Positions 1-10,476 are shown, counted from the first letter of the stretch. The stretch is 54,928 nt of DNA from a virus (IMGVR_UViG_3300030329_004935:1-54928); one strand, 5' to 3'. A program made the numbers and translations. Notes: generated by a model from the sequence alone, not told the origin.

Positions 1-98
1 ATAATTATCATAACAACTAGCTTGCTCGTCATCATCAGGATCAAAATCATCTGTTGCAGGACAATCTGACATATCCGCTGGTTGGCTTAAGACTGTTC
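1..98 (+). repeat. Terminal direct repeat, left copy (assembly circularisation overlap)
   Basis: 1-98 is identical to 54830-54927; an ORF reads continuously through the junction. Confidence 0.95.
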
Positions 99-879
99 CG
101 TCTGGGCAAACAACAGGGTTGGGGCCATCGAGCCCCCAACAACTAATTTCTTGACCTTGTTGATCACAGCATGGATAATAACAATCATTAAAATGACATT
201 CAGCAGGGTTCCCATTATCATCATAGCATCCTACACTTCCATCCTCTAAATCTTGTTGATCCTCCCAATCGCTTTCTGCTTCATTACAAGCTTCTTCACT
301 AGCTCGACATGATCCATCCCAACATGTTACCTGCCCTGATTCTTCACAAGTATGATAATAAGGTTCACTAACAGTATCTAAATCAGTAGTCTGCACAAAA
401 TAATCCCATTCATTCCACAGATCATCTACATACTTTCGCTGCTCATTCTTGATACGTTCCGTACCAGCTATAGCTTTTTTCTGTATCCCTGCTATTGCTG
501 ACTCAACCTCGCTGGAAAATGCATCTTCAATATCTTCCTGTTGAGATAAATATGTGCCTGAACCTTCAAACCCAGGAGACTGATAGTCCATACTTCTTTT
601 CGATTCTAAAGCTTCTAAATGAGTCAAAGATATATCTATAGCATCACTTCGCATTCCAAATTCCGTCTCTTCTTTCATCAAATTCTGCAAAATAGGATTA
701 TAAGGATCCATCATTTGTTTCCATTGCTGTATCTCGTCATATGAATCCGCTGTGAGATATTGAGAGGTTAATTCATCTAAATCAGGAGCATCAGATAAGA
801 TTCCAGAAGGACCCCATGTCGAAGAATCACCAACATCTGAGTCAAAGAGAAATAAATCTTCGAAATATTGATTAGCCAT
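1..879 (-). CDS. N-terminal part of an origin-spanning ~356-aa putative internal virion protein with an acidic Cys-rich C-terminus (joins 54829..54638)
   Basis: Manual translation from ATG 879 (MANQYFEDLFLFDS...) is open to base 1 and continues in frame into the 54638 ORF; missed by the ORF track. Confidence 0.85.
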   Translation of the reverse strand, partial: MANQYFEDLFLFDSDVGDSSTWGPSGILSDAPDLDELTSQYLTADSYDEIQQWKQMMDPYNPILQNLMKEETEFGMRSDAIDISLTHLEALESKRSMDYQSPGFEGSGTYLSQQEDIEDAFSSEVESAIAGIQKKAIAGTERIKNEQRKYVDDLWNEWDYFVQTTDLDTVSEPYYHTCEESGQVTCWDGSCRASEEACNEAESDWEDQQDLEDGSVGCYDDNGNPAECHFNDCYYPCCDQQGQEISCWGLDGPNPVVCPDGTVLSQPADMSDCPATDDFDPDDDEQASCYDNY

Positions 880-1630
880 ATTGTTGCTCCCATGCATCCC
901 AATCAATATCTGGCTGAACGTGATCATCTCCTAATCCAGCAGTATATGTATTGTATGTATCCCACAAACTATCTACATATGACATCCTAGATCCTATAAT
1001 ATCTTGTGTGTACCCTGCAGCTTGCGCTCTCCAGTCAGCTGTTAATCCTTGAGAAGATAAATTCATTTGTTTTAATCTTCCCAGTATACCTTCAGAAGCT
1101 CTTCCACCACCAGCAAATCCTGCATGTCCAGTTATATTTCGAGCTTTACGTAGCTCTCCCCTAGTAGTTGTTCTTAAATTTTTTTGTTTTGCTTGATGTT
1201 CTTTATAGCCTAAATGATATAATTCCCTAGTTTCAGATTCACCAGATTCAGAAGGGTCATATAGTTCAGGAATATATTGAGGCAGCCAATCTGGGGCATC
1301 ACTACCAGACAGTCCACCACCAGATTCGTAATAATCAACGATTTGTTCCCAGTAGTTACCAAGAGCTGGATCTGGATCATATTCAAAACCTTGATAACTT
1401 ATTCCAGGATGTTGTTGGTGGAATAAATTTATTATACCTCCATGTAAATTCCATAAATCCTGAAGACCATATCCCTGGTAAGTTTCTTGACCATGCTGAA
1501 CACCCATAGAATCAGTCCAAGCTGGAGTATCAGCTTCAGTGCCAAATGCATGCTCTCCTGCATACCAATCCATTTGACCTGTCCCAGTCCCCCCGAGATC
1601 TTCCATATATTGATTAAAAGAATAACTCAA
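872..1630 (-). CDS. Putative internal virion (ejection) protein
   Basis: In the cluster upstream of the giant virion proteins; GFAGGG and YVDSLW motifs are shared with the downstream gene. Confidence 0.6.
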   Translation of the reverse strand: MSYSFNQYMEDLGGTGTGQMDWYAGEHAFGTEADTPAWTDSMGVQHGQETYQGYGLQDLWNLHGGIINLFHQQHPGISYQGFEYDPDPALGNYWEQIVDYYESGGGLSGSDAPDWLPQYIPELYDPSESGESETRELYHLGYKEHQAKQKNLRTTTRGELRKARNITGHAGFAGGGRASEGILGRLKQMNLSSQGLTADWRAQAAGYTQDIIGSRMSYVDSLWDTYNTYTAGLGDDHVQPDIDWDAWEQQYG

Positions 1631-1631
1631 C

Positions 1632-2252
1632 TTATTTGTCTTCCTGCATCATTTTATACGAATCCCATGCAGAGCTACCAGCTGGTATCAACCCTAATGG
1701 ATTAAAATTATATGGAGTTAGCGCTACTGTATTCATGTAATCTAGGACTCCAGACGATTTTGCCCAAGCATCTCCTCCAGCAGCTCCCATTCCACCACCA
1801 GCTATAAATGCTGTTGCTGTATCTGTTGCAGCATCCGTCCATTGCTTAGTATCAAATCCTGTCCATTTATCTGCTACATCTTGTTCTAATTCCCTTCCTA
1901 AGGTAGCAGTTCCAAAACCTGTACCTAAATCCAAATCTTCTTCTACTCCACCAGTTTGAAACTTTAGACCTCCTTCGAGCAATTTTCCTTCAGTATGTTC
2001 GCCAATTTCAGAACCCGCTCTACTTCCAATTCCTGCTGCAAGAGCCATATATCCCAATGCTACTGGTCCTCCTGCTATCGCTGAAACTAATAGAGGTAAT
2101 CCTACTCCTCCAATTAACCTTCCCCACATAGAGCCTTCTCTTGCTGTCTCATTGGACTTCATTAATTCTTCATATTCATCTAGCATTTCTTTTCTAGATG
2201 TTGCTATAGCCTGATTTAGCATAGCTCTGGATCTTCCTTGATATCTACTCAT
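1632..2252 (-). CDS. Putative internal virion/DNA-ejection protein with Gly/Ala-rich hydrophobic segment
   Basis: GRLIGGVGLPLLVSAIAGGPVALGYMALAAGIG resembles podoviral pilot proteins; GGAG SD. Confidence 0.55.
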   Translation of the reverse strand: MSRYQGRSRAMLNQAIATSRKEMLDEYEELMKSNETAREGSMWGRLIGGVGLPLLVSAIAGGPVALGYMALAAGIGSRAGSEIGEHTEGKLLEGGLKFQTGGVEEDLDLGTGFGTATLGRELEQDVADKWTGFDTKQWTDAATDTATAFIAGGGMGAAGGDAWAKSSGVLDYMNTVALTPYNFNPLGLIPAGSSAWDSYKMMQEDK

Positions 2253-2286
2253 GATAACTCCTAAATTTTAAATATAATATTGTGGC

Positions 2287-2316
2287 AATATAACACTATT
2301 TTCTTGACATATGCAA
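2287..2316 (-). promoter_or_regulatory. Putative sigma70-like promoter for the internal virion protein operon
   Basis: TTGCAT-N18-TATATT with TGn extension in the intergenic gap. Confidence 0.5.
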
Positions 2317-2323
2317 TAATTAT

Positions 2324-3469
2324 TTAAGTACCGTCATATATTGTTGCTGGTAATGCTGTTGCTTTAAATATAAATGGACCATATTCATCTGCTCCACCAC
2401 CCCATTTTAATACATGAAAACTATTATGGCTTGATTTAGCCCCTAAATAATATGTATATTGCGTTCCTGCAGTCAGCCCAGTTACTGTCCATGAATGACT
2501 AATCTGCTGCTCTTCTGTCCCATCTGGACTTAAAACATGATTTTCATAATTAGCACTTACTCTATTGTAAGTTGTATTATCAGACAATCCAAGATAAAGA
2601 GGCCTTGCTCCTGCAGGATCGTCAAATACAGTGCATGAAATCTCAACCTTACCGCTAGGAGGAGCAACAAATTCAATACGAAAATGAGTATTTACTACTG
2701 CCCACGCATTAGTAACTGCATAAGTTGCCGTCGTTACACCAACGCCAACAGATGTATATCCAAGTATCATGCCTGCATAAGCACTATCGGCAGGAGAAAA
2801 TTCCTTTACAGTACCACCTACTGTTTTGTATGAAATTTTATCTGCTTCTATTGTTACTCTTTGATTTGCTTCATCAAGAGTAAGCATTTGGTCTCCACCA
2901 ACTACTAATTCTAATTTATCAGCAGATACTTCATGTATATATGTTTCAGTACCTCCATCAAGATACAATTTTTTAGTAGCTTCAAGTATAGCATGAACAT
3001 CATCAATATACAGATTGTCATTTAAACTTTGAAATCTCAATCCCTTTCCTCGGTATCCAGTAGCATTAATTTCATTTGATAATGCTGTATCACTTTTTAG
3101 ATCGTAGCCTCCTTGTAATCTATTGCTCCCAGACCTGGATGAAGAGCCAGCCATATTAATTATACCACCCATCAATAAATCTCCAGTCCTCGAATTAATA
3201 GTTGTAGTTCCTTGACTTTCACTTCCAGATACATCTCCATCACTACCACTAGCTAACTTTAAAGACTGCTCCCCAATAACATACCAATGATTTCTAAACT
3301 TGCAGAATAACTTTAATCCCGATCTAGTAATACGCAAAGTTAACTCTCCATTATTTCCCTCAGTATTTAACGGGACTCCTTCCCCACTGGTTACTCTAAA
3401 CCCTTTTTTATGCTCTAAAATTCTTTGCTTATCAATTCTAGGTTGATTTAATAAACTATCTTTAGCCAT
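2324..3469 (-). CDS. Putative tail fibre/tail-associated protein
   Basis: Follows the tail nozzle gene; beta-rich, LYLDGGTETYIHEVSAD-type fibre segment, C-terminal beta-sandwich. Confidence 0.6.
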   Translation of the reverse strand: MAKDSLLNQPRIDKQRILEHKKGFRVTSGEGVPLNTEGNNGELTLRITRSGLKLFCKFRNHWYVIGEQSLKLASGSDGDVSGSESQGTTTINSRTGDLLMGGIINMAGSSSRSGSNRLQGGYDLKSDTALSNEINATGYRGKGLRFQSLNDNLYIDDVHAILEATKKLYLDGGTETYIHEVSADKLELVVGGDQMLTLDEANQRVTIEADKISYKTVGGTVKEFSPADSAYAGMILGYTSVGVGVTTATYAVTNAWAVVNTHFRIEFVAPPSGKVEISCTVFDDPAGARPLYLGLSDNTTYNRVSANYENHVLSPDGTEEQQISHSWTVTGLTAGTQYTYYLGAKSSHNSFHVLKWGGGADEYGPFIFKATALPATIYDGT

Positions 3470-6400
3470 TATAATTCCCTGTAAACTACAGATATATCAT
3501 TGAGTTCAAAGTTTGCAATATAATTCTCTGGAGTATCTGCTTTAGACCCTATTTTAATTTGGAAAGACCTGCCTTTTACAGGTAGCCGTTGCATGTCAGA
3601 GTGCGCGCCTCCAGCTAGATACAATTCAACAGTATTCCATTCAGAAGAAGCAGGCAAACAAGTTCTTCCAAAAGCATAATAATCTCCTAGCTCTACGGTA
3701 AATGCATGATTGCCATCCATAGAACCAGCAATTTTAATATCAGAAGTAGACTTATATGTTATAATTACTTTATAAAAAGCTTTTATAGTAGATGGATTGC
3801 CAAAATCAAAATCTCTAGTAATAATTTCTATCGGAGCAGAATCTGAATCTGTGTTACCATGATAAGCATTTTGAAATTGACTAACTCCTAAAGCTCGTAT
3901 AACCCATCCTGTTATGCTTAAAAAAGAACCCAGCCAAGGCTGCAAACCAACTACTCTAATTGAATTATAAAACCTCATAAACATGTTATCATGATCTCCT
4001 GATAATGCACCATCAGCATCAATCATTTGTGACGACAATCCATCATTACCAGCAGTGCCTCCACCAGGACCTGTCGCATCAGTAGCGATAGTAAGGGGAG
4101 TATGAGTACCATCATAAGCGCCTATAGTATGTATTCGATATTTACGCTGTGAAAAATCTCCAAGACTAGCAGAAGAAAGACGGAAAATTAAACCCTCATA
4201 TATATAGTTTCTTTGTTCTGCATCTGAAGAAGTAGCGGTCCAATCACCTGGTATTTTCACTACCGTACCACTACTTGAAAAATTAAAAGTTCGCAGCGGT
4301 TGAGTACTATCCTCCCATTGATACTTAGGCACTGTAGCCAAATGTGCATGACTAATCACGCTAGGATAATAATCTGATAACAAGTCATTGAAATGATCTG
4401 TTATAGCTATATCACCAGACCCACCATCAGTAATATATGTCTCTGAATAATCAGTGCCATTCTGAGCTGATATAAGCAATTGATATATAATATCTTCACT
4501 AATTGCGCCATTGCGAAGAGGGAAAATATTCCATTCAGGTTTTATTGGCGCTGTCCCTTCTATATGACTAGTGGACATTTGAGTGTCACCCATAGTAAAT
4601 GTAACTGTTGCAGTATCTCCATATGTTGCAAGATCCTCCCACTCAGAAAAAGTCGTACCAACCTGATCCGATTTGAATATAGTGATAATTGTTATGTAAC
4701 CATGATCGCCCCAATTTTCTATAGGAATTCCGACAGGGGTGTCACCAGCGGGTCCAAACCAACCAGCTGCAGGAATTTCTGACATTGGTTGCATATATTC
4801 CACTGAATGTACTAAAAATGATTTATTATTTGCATTTTGAGTGCATCCAGATAATGTTACAGTCTCTGATCCTGCAATTTCTGTCCTCTGACCTAAAACA
4901 CTAATAACAAGTTTGGTTGCGGTTGCTCTAAAAACTACAGACGGGACTGTCCATTGCAAGTCTGAATAATAATTATCAGATGGAAGATAGTCATTTCCTG
5001 GAGTATTATCTGATATATTGTACCAATGATTACTATTAGCCATGCCAATAGTACTTAAATCATCCATATTTAGCTCAACCCCTGTAGTACCATTTATACC
5101 ATCTGACCTTAAAGTCCATCCATATTCCTCTATTGGATACTTCATAACAATACCAGGGAGTATTGTATTTACAAATTGGTCTCCGCTCTGAAAAGCATAA
5201 GATAAGCCCATATTTGCTAAAGGGTAATATCTTTCTTTAAAAAGTTGGTCAACACCTGAATATCCATCAGATATATCTAAATTAATATAAGGCATTCCCG
5301 CATGTGCTTGCATATGCTCCCAAGGGCCTGTAAATGTATCAAATTGAAAATAATTCGCTCCAGATGGTCCTATAGTGCCACTATCTGCTCTCATAATTTT
5401 TATATAGCATCGACCTGGATTTTGAAAAGAGGTCGTGCCATCCTCGTTAAAATAAAGATATGGATCTCCAGTTCCATGAGCCATTCCATAAGTAGTCGCG
5501 CTAGGCTCTCCTGAATACACTACTGCTCCCGTGCCTATATATAACATATCAATCGAGCAATGATATGCTATTACTGGATATGGAGGTTGCTCATATCTAT
5601 CTTGAGGCCTATAATCAATTAACCCGACATTTAAGCATTGAGTTTCAAGAGGATTTTCTGGCCAATTGGAGGAAGGAAGTGCATCGATCCAAGTAGACCA
5701 ATCTCTATCGAAGAATGTTGTTATCCAACCCTTCTTATCATACTCGTCAGCAGTAATTTGAACAGCTACTGCTGTCGGGCCTCCTGTGATAGTCATATCA
5801 TTACCGTTGTATGGGTCTGTTGATAATATTTTCGATCTTGGTCTAATAATCACATATGCTGATGAACCAGGATCTGCGTCAGGAATCAATTCGTCCCCTC
5901 CTTCTACATCTTGATTAACATATTCATTAATCTGACGTGTCAAACAATCTCTGAAAGTTTCGCCTGCTTGTGCTTCTTCAGGATAACTAAATGTATTTGT
6001 AATATCAGTCGAGCCAATTGTTAACTTAAAGTTATCAACATCTGTATAATTATTATCAACCTGATAAATAAACCATCGGCCATCCTCTCCCAACCCTTGA
6101 GGTATAGCTAAAGTGGTATTAATGCTCTCGGATGTTCCCGTCTCAATTTGAGCAATATACATAAGTGAATCATCATAATTAGATACTAAATTAGACTTAG
6201 GGCCTATTTCTATTTTATTTTCACCTCTAGTCCATGATTGAGTCATTAAATCAAAAACCATACAAGCACCTGACCTAGTATTCACTTCATGCTCTGTTGC
6301 AGTAGCTGGATCTTCGAAAATAACTAACTGTTTTAATTCTGATATATAACCTATAACTCCATTCTCTCCAATAAACTGTTTCCATGCAGGACTAAGACTA

Positions 6401-8118
6401 CTAGATTCGTCAGTAGGGTTTAATTTGCCTAATATAAGATTTGTTATCTTCTCACCGTCATATAAATAGCAGCCATTACTATTTACCCATGCTACTCCTA
6501 ATTCAGTTAAGCATATTTGGTAAGGATAATTGACTCCCATATATTTATTTTCAGATTCTAAATATTCATAATCTTGCGATACATTTATAATATATAAATT
6601 ATTATTCTTGAACTGTAAAACTCGATCAGCAAAAGGAACTAATGCTGTTATCTCTTCCCCATCATTAATGGCGACGTCGATAAAATTACGAGCAGGAAAT
6701 GTATCAAAAGCATTAAGTGGAGATATAAGCATCTTATCCGCTTCAACTGATTTTAAAGAAAACTCACATTGCTTTAAGCAATTTGCAAGATTTCCAGTTG
6801 CAGATTCATCATGCAAAGAGAATGGTTTAAATAAAACCCTTTTAACGCCACCAATATAGGCTCTTCGATTAACAACACAAGCCGCTGCATATCTAGCTGC
6901 AGTTGTCTCTTCTCCATGAGAAACGCCAGTTCGTAATTCATATGTTATAGATGGAAGTTTTTTAATGGTTAAATAGTCAGACTTCGCGCTAGTGCCAGTA
7001 AATCCCGCGCAATCCACGGCAGTAAATGTTGTTACCTCTGTCCCATCATGCGATACAAATTTAGCATCATTATCGTTATCGCCAAAAAAACAATTTGCCA
7101 TATATAAAGGATCGTCATAATTCCCGAGAGAATCTCCTGTTATATATAAATTAACGCCTGAAATTCTAGGGTCAAAAGCTAAAGCTTGAGCCTCTGTATC
7201 AGTAGCCTCCTCATTAAATGACCCTCCTAGACCAACGGTAATTTTAAATTTCATTGCATGGTTATCACCATAGCCACTTGTATTGACACTTAAATGAGCC
7301 CCGCTATTATTTAGAAATGGTGTAATTGGGGACTCCTGACCATCCGCATACATAAAGGAGCATCCGAATTCTAAACCTCCACTCCCTTGAAACTCTCCTC
7401 CGTCCCCACCATCAGCAACTTCAATATGAATACTCCCTTCAGATAAAACTCCAAAAGTATTAGGATTATGCGATGAAGAAGGGCTTATTGCTCCATAACT
7501 AGTAGATCCAGATAATTGACCACTACCATCTGCTAAACAACTAGGAGGGAATATATACGAGGTTGTATCCCACCACTTACTTGGAATAACATAATTTAAT
7601 AGACCTTTAAACCATGTTTTAGAGATATATTGAAAGCTCCTAGTAGCATCAGTTACAGCTCCTTTTGGATCACTAACATTACCATCAGATATCCTTAAAC
7701 ATCCATCTACATAATAAAAAATACATGCAATCTTAGACATCCTAAGACTATCGAGACTAAGATTTATTTGATTTGGTATCATAGTACCAGTGCTAGAATC
7801 ATAAATAGTAATCGTCTTAGAGCTTTGTATAGCAAGGAATTTCGTCTCTACTTCATCTGGTACTGGATTATAATCTAGATTAAAATCTGCATTAAAAGCA
7901 AATAAACCAAATCCTGGTTTAAATGTACCCCCTGTAAATTCGTCCCCACTATTAATATCTACGTGTGTATTACTGCCTCCCATAGTTCTTACCTTGCCAG
8001 GAACATCACACATTACACCTACAGCTTCAGATAAACCATTTTCAGGAATATCGCGAGGATCATAATGATTAATTAATCCACCTTCAAATTGTTTTACTTG
8101 TAGTATTGACTTTGGCAC
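3469..8118 (-). CDS. Tail tubular B/nozzle-like (virion stabilisation) protein with a large internal insertion
   Basis: N-terminal FEGGL..DPRDI, central DGEEITAL..F.DRVLQFK, C-terminal TRDFDFGNP and FELNDISVVYR motifs typical of podoviral nozzle proteins; GTG start. Confidence 0.7.
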   Translation of the reverse strand: MPKSILQVKQFEGGLINHYDPRDIPENGLSEAVGVMCDVPGKVRTMGGSNTHVDINSGDEFTGGTFKPGFGLFAFNADFNLDYNPVPDEVETKFLAIQSSKTITIYDSSTGTMIPNQINLSLDSLRMSKIACIFYYVDGCLRISDGNVSDPKGAVTDATRSFQYISKTWFKGLLNYVIPSKWWDTTSYIFPPSCLADGSGQLSGSTSYGAISPSSSHNPNTFGVLSEGSIHIEVADGGDGGEFQGSGGLEFGCSFMYADGQESPITPFLNNSGAHLSVNTSGYGDNHAMKFKITVGLGGSFNEEATDTEAQALAFDPRISGVNLYITGDSLGNYDDPLYMANCFFGDNDNDAKFVSHDGTEVTTFTAVDCAGFTGTSAKSDYLTIKKLPSITYELRTGVSHGEETTAARYAAACVVNRRAYIGGVKRVLFKPFSLHDESATGNLANCLKQCEFSLKSVEADKMLISPLNAFDTFPARNFIDVAINDGEEITALVPFADRVLQFKNNNLYIINVSQDYEYLESENKYMGVNYPYQICLTELGVAWVNSNGCYLYDGEKITNLILGKLNPTDESSSLSPAWKQFIGENGVIGYISELKQLVIFEDPATATEHEVNTRSGACMVFDLMTQSWTRGENKIEIGPKSNLVSNYDDSLMYIAQIETGTSESINTTLAIPQGLGEDGRWFIYQVDNNYTDVDNFKLTIGSTDITNTFSYPEEAQAGETFRDCLTRQINEYVNQDVEGGDELIPDADPGSSAYVIIRPRSKILSTDPYNGNDMTITGGPTAVAVQITADEYDKKGWITTFFDRDWSTWIDALPSSNWPENPLETQCLNVGLIDYRPQDRYEQPPYPVIAYHCSIDMLYIGTGAVVYSGEPSATTYGMAHGTGDPYLYFNEDGTTSFQNPGRCYIKIMRADSGTIGPSGANYFQFDTFTGPWEHMQAHAGMPYINLDISDGYSGVDQLFKERYYPLANMGLSYAFQSGDQFVNTILPGIVMKYPIEEYGWTLRSDGINGTTGVELNMDDLSTIGMANSNHWYNISDNTPGNDYLPSDNYYSDLQWTVPSVVFRATATKLVISVLGQRTEIAGSETVTLSGCTQNANNKSFLVHSVEYMQPMSEIPAAGWFGPAGDTPVGIPIENWGDHGYITIITIFKSDQVGTTFSEWEDLATYGDTATVTFTMGDTQMSTSHIEGTAPIKPEWNIFPLRNGAISEDIIYQLLISAQNGTDYSETYITDGGSGDIAITDHFNDLLSDYYPSVISHAHLATVPKYQWEDSTQPLRTFNFSSSGTVVKIPGDWTATSSDAEQRNYIYEGLIFRLSSASLGDFSQRKYRIHTIGAYDGTHTPLTIATDATGPGGGTAGNDGLSSQMIDADGALSGDHDNMFMRFYNSIRVVGLQPWLGSFLSITGWVIRALGVSQFQNAYHGNTDSDSAPIEIITRDFDFGNPSTIKAFYKVIITYKSTSDIKIAGSMDGNHAFTVELGDYYAFGRTCLPASSEWNTVELYLAGGAHSDMQRLPVKGRSFQIKIGSKADTPENYIANFELNDISVVYREL

Positions 8119-8189
8119 GTCTATGCTTTCCTTTTTTCTTTAAGTACGAAAATTTAACTTTACCCTCGCCATCTATATCTCGTTTATCT

Positions 8190-8387
8190 TTATAATTTCT
8201 TTTTAATCGCATTTTTAATAACACCTTCTACTGTATCATATAAAGAATTTAATATTTTCTCTTCTGTCTTTTCAGAAAGAAAAGGTATATCTATATTCTC
8301 ATTTAATGCTTCTACTACTTCTTTTTGAAGTTCCTCATTAAAAACTTCATCTATTATGTTATCTTTTACTCCATCCAAAAAACCCAT
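8190..8387 (-). CDS. Hypothetical protein (NENIDIPFLSEKTE motif)
   Basis: Translationally coupled ORF, GGAG SD. Confidence 0.65.
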   Translation of the reverse strand: MGFLDGVKDNIIDEVFNEELQKEVVEALNENIDIPFLSEKTEEKILNSLYDTVEGVIKNAIKKKL

Positions 8388-8647
8388 TACTCCTCCTTTT
8401 TCATTAACTTAGTTACGATATTCACTAATGATTGATAAGATTTCAATATACCTCTTTGTTCAATCTGCATTTTCTTTTGCTGATCAATTAGCTTTATTAT
8501 TATCATTTCGATACGTTTGAACTTCTCTTCAAGCTCTTCTATTAACTCATCTTGTATCCAATGTTGTTGCTTCCAAAGTAAATAACCTAAAGATAATGCT
8601 ATTAACACTGGAAAACCAAACTCTTGTAATATCGCTATAGGATCCAT
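8387..8647 (-). CDS. Putative holin-like membrane protein
   Basis: N-terminal TM helix (FGFPVLIALSLGYLLW) followed by a coiled coil. Confidence 0.5.
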   Translation of the reverse strand: MDPIAILQEFGFPVLIALSLGYLLWKQQHWIQDELIEELEEKFKRIEMIIIKLIDQQKKMQIEQRGILKSYQSLVNIVTKLMKKEE

Positions 8648-9432
8648 TATTTATTCCCATCTATCATTTCCCCCCATACACAGCATTTACCGTTGATAAT
8701 TTGTACTACATCTACCGTAAATAGCCCCCTACCATAAAAGTCTATTATAGCAAATGCATGGGCCCAATTTATTCTTCTATTAGACAACCATTGATTAGCT
8801 TCTGCTTTCATATCTTTCAAGCACCCAATACTCCATGCTGCCTTTGGACCATCCATATGGGTTGCAGTCATATTCTGCAAATCATGCCAATGACCATACA
8901 TTATATTACATCCAAGCTTCCTTAAATGATTAGCTGTATGATATTGACCACCATATTGATGACCATGATAAAAGTATAGCTTGCCTATTTTTAAATGCTT
9001 GCCAAAAGGATGATATTTATATCCTCTATCAGCCAACTTGACAGCATTAGCAAATTTGTACTGTGGAATGTAAGGATATTTCTCCACAGCCATATTAAGC
9101 CAATCATCATGGTTACCCTCAGTGATGTGCTTTTCCTTACAACCTGCTTTATCCAATGCTTCATCAATGACATCCATACCTTTATTAACTGCTTTAACAT
9201 CTTTGTCAAAGTCTTTAATTAAATATTCCAATGGTGGAGCTTTCTTCCTTTTCCATTTCCAATGCGAGAATGCTGACCACTCTCCTACATCTCCCAGATC
9301 TATATATATATCTGGCTTAACTATTTCAATTGCTCCACATAGTGCTTTTATTGCTGGCATATCCGCTAATGGGAAATGCTTATCTGGGGTAGCAATCGCA
9401 CGTTTTACTACGCCAGTTTCTCTCTTCGACAT
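8647..9432 (-). CDS. Calcineurin-like metallophosphoesterase
   Basis: PDKH, LGDVGE, EGNHD, HGH and GHWH motifs. Confidence 0.9.
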   Translation of the reverse strand: MSKRETGVVKRAIATPDKHFPLADMPAIKALCGAIEIVKPDIYIDLGDVGEWSAFSHWKWKRKKAPPLEYLIKDFDKDVKAVNKGMDVIDEALDKAGCKEKHITEGNHDDWLNMAVEKYPYIPQYKFANAVKLADRGYKYHPFGKHLKIGKLYFYHGHQYGGQYHTANHLRKLGCNIMYGHWHDLQNMTATHMDGPKAAWSIGCLKDMKAEANQWLSNRRINWAHAFAIIDFYGRGLFTVDVVQIINGKCCVWGEMIDGNK

Positions 9433-9441
9433 TACTCTCTC

Positions 9442-9588
9442 CTATTTTACTTTTTGAATTTTATAATACACATATAATATGTTCATTATAATTAATATTA
9501 CTCCTAATATATCTGGTACTAAGTTCCAAAAATTAACCATTAATGTTCCTGTACTAGTGCCAATTGTTTTTAAAGTATCCTCCATCAT
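9442..9588 (-). CDS. Small membrane protein (48 aa), possible holin/lysis accessory
   Basis: MMEDTLKTIGTSTGTLMVNFWNLVPDILGVILIIMNILYVLYKIQKVK fills the gap; TGATG coupling; below the ORF-track cutoff. Confidence 0.6.
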   Translation of the reverse strand: MMEDTLKTIGTSTGTLMVNFWNLVPDILGVILIIMNILYVYYKIQKVK

Positions 9589-10127
9589 CACGCTCTTTTA
9601 AAACTTGCATTATCAAAATCAGCAGTTTTTGTATTACCTTTTGATAAAAGCGTTAAGCAAACACTAGTTTCTGCTGGAGTAAATGTAACTGATTTTGAAG
9701 CTGGACTGCCAACATTTCCACTACTATAATATGTAGTATTGGCTGCTGACGTACCTATCATTACCACAGCAGCATTACTAGATCCGACGCCAACAATGTC
9801 AATACTAAAAGTATATGAAATATTTGGCAGAGTTTTAATCCAAACATAAGTATATCCATTAGTAGCACTAGCAGTAACCCTTAAAGCCTTAGAACCAGAC
9901 ACTTCTGGATTAGACTTAGATGCATTAACATCTACAAAATTAGTATACTGCAAAGAACTGTCAAATCCTCCAATATAATTATAGCCATTAAATCCTACAG
10001 GATTATTAACAGGACTATTATCATATGCTCCAGCTGTATTAGCTATTGGCAAATTAAATCTCTCTCGATTCTTTTCGCCAGTAGCATAACCTTTATTAGT
10101 TTGTACAGAAGTTGCTAAGCTCAACAT
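9588..10127 (-). CDS. Putative tail protein with a CBM-like jelly-roll domain
   Basis: SGSKALRVT...YTFS...FDNASFKR pattern of carbohydrate-binding modules. Confidence 0.5.
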   Translation of the reverse strand: MLSLATSVQTNKGYATGEKNRERFNLPIANTAGAYDNSPVNNPVGFNGYNYIGGFDSSLQYTNFVDVNASKSNPEVSGSKALRVTASATNGYTYVWIKTLPNISYTFSIDIVGVGSSNAAVVMIGTSAANTTYYSSGNVGSPASKSVTFTPAETSVCLTLLSKGNTKTADFDNASFKRA

Positions 10128-10131
10128 ATAA

Positions 10132-10476
10132 TTAACCTACATAACATATGCACATTTGACCGTTGGTATTAACTGATGCACTAGTCCATCTTCCATAAAT
10201 AGTAACTCCTGCAGGTATACTGTCTGAAGATGTATACGTATCCCCTGCGCTTTCATAACCTGCTCCAGCTGTATTGATGAAATTTCCAACGCCACCTTCT
10301 GCTGTCAATGTATCAAATTGACAATCAGTTAGCATTGTAATAGCTACTATAACTCCTGATGTTGGGGTGAATGTTGTGGCGTCAGTATCTAAAAATACTG
10401 AACCTGCTTGACCTAATCCTGCATTCTGTGCTTCCTGAACACTATATGCATGTAATCCTCTTCTATTTCCTGCCAT
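10132..10476 (-). CDS. Small virion structural protein
   Basis: YSVQEAQN and IPAGVTIYGRWT motifs; in the structural operon; GGAGG SD. Confidence 0.6.
   Translation of the reverse strand: MAGNRRGLHAYSVQEAQNAGLGQAGSVFLDTDATTFTPTSGVIVAITMLTDCQFDTLTAEGGVGNFINTAGAGYESAGDTYTSSDSIPAGVTIYGRWTSASVNTNGQMCICYVG

Noticed and set aside
1487-9457. Plus-strand ORFs antisense to structural genes (e.g. 4480, 6608, 9122)
   Set aside because: Antisense shadows of long supported minus-strand genes with no SD or recognisable motifs
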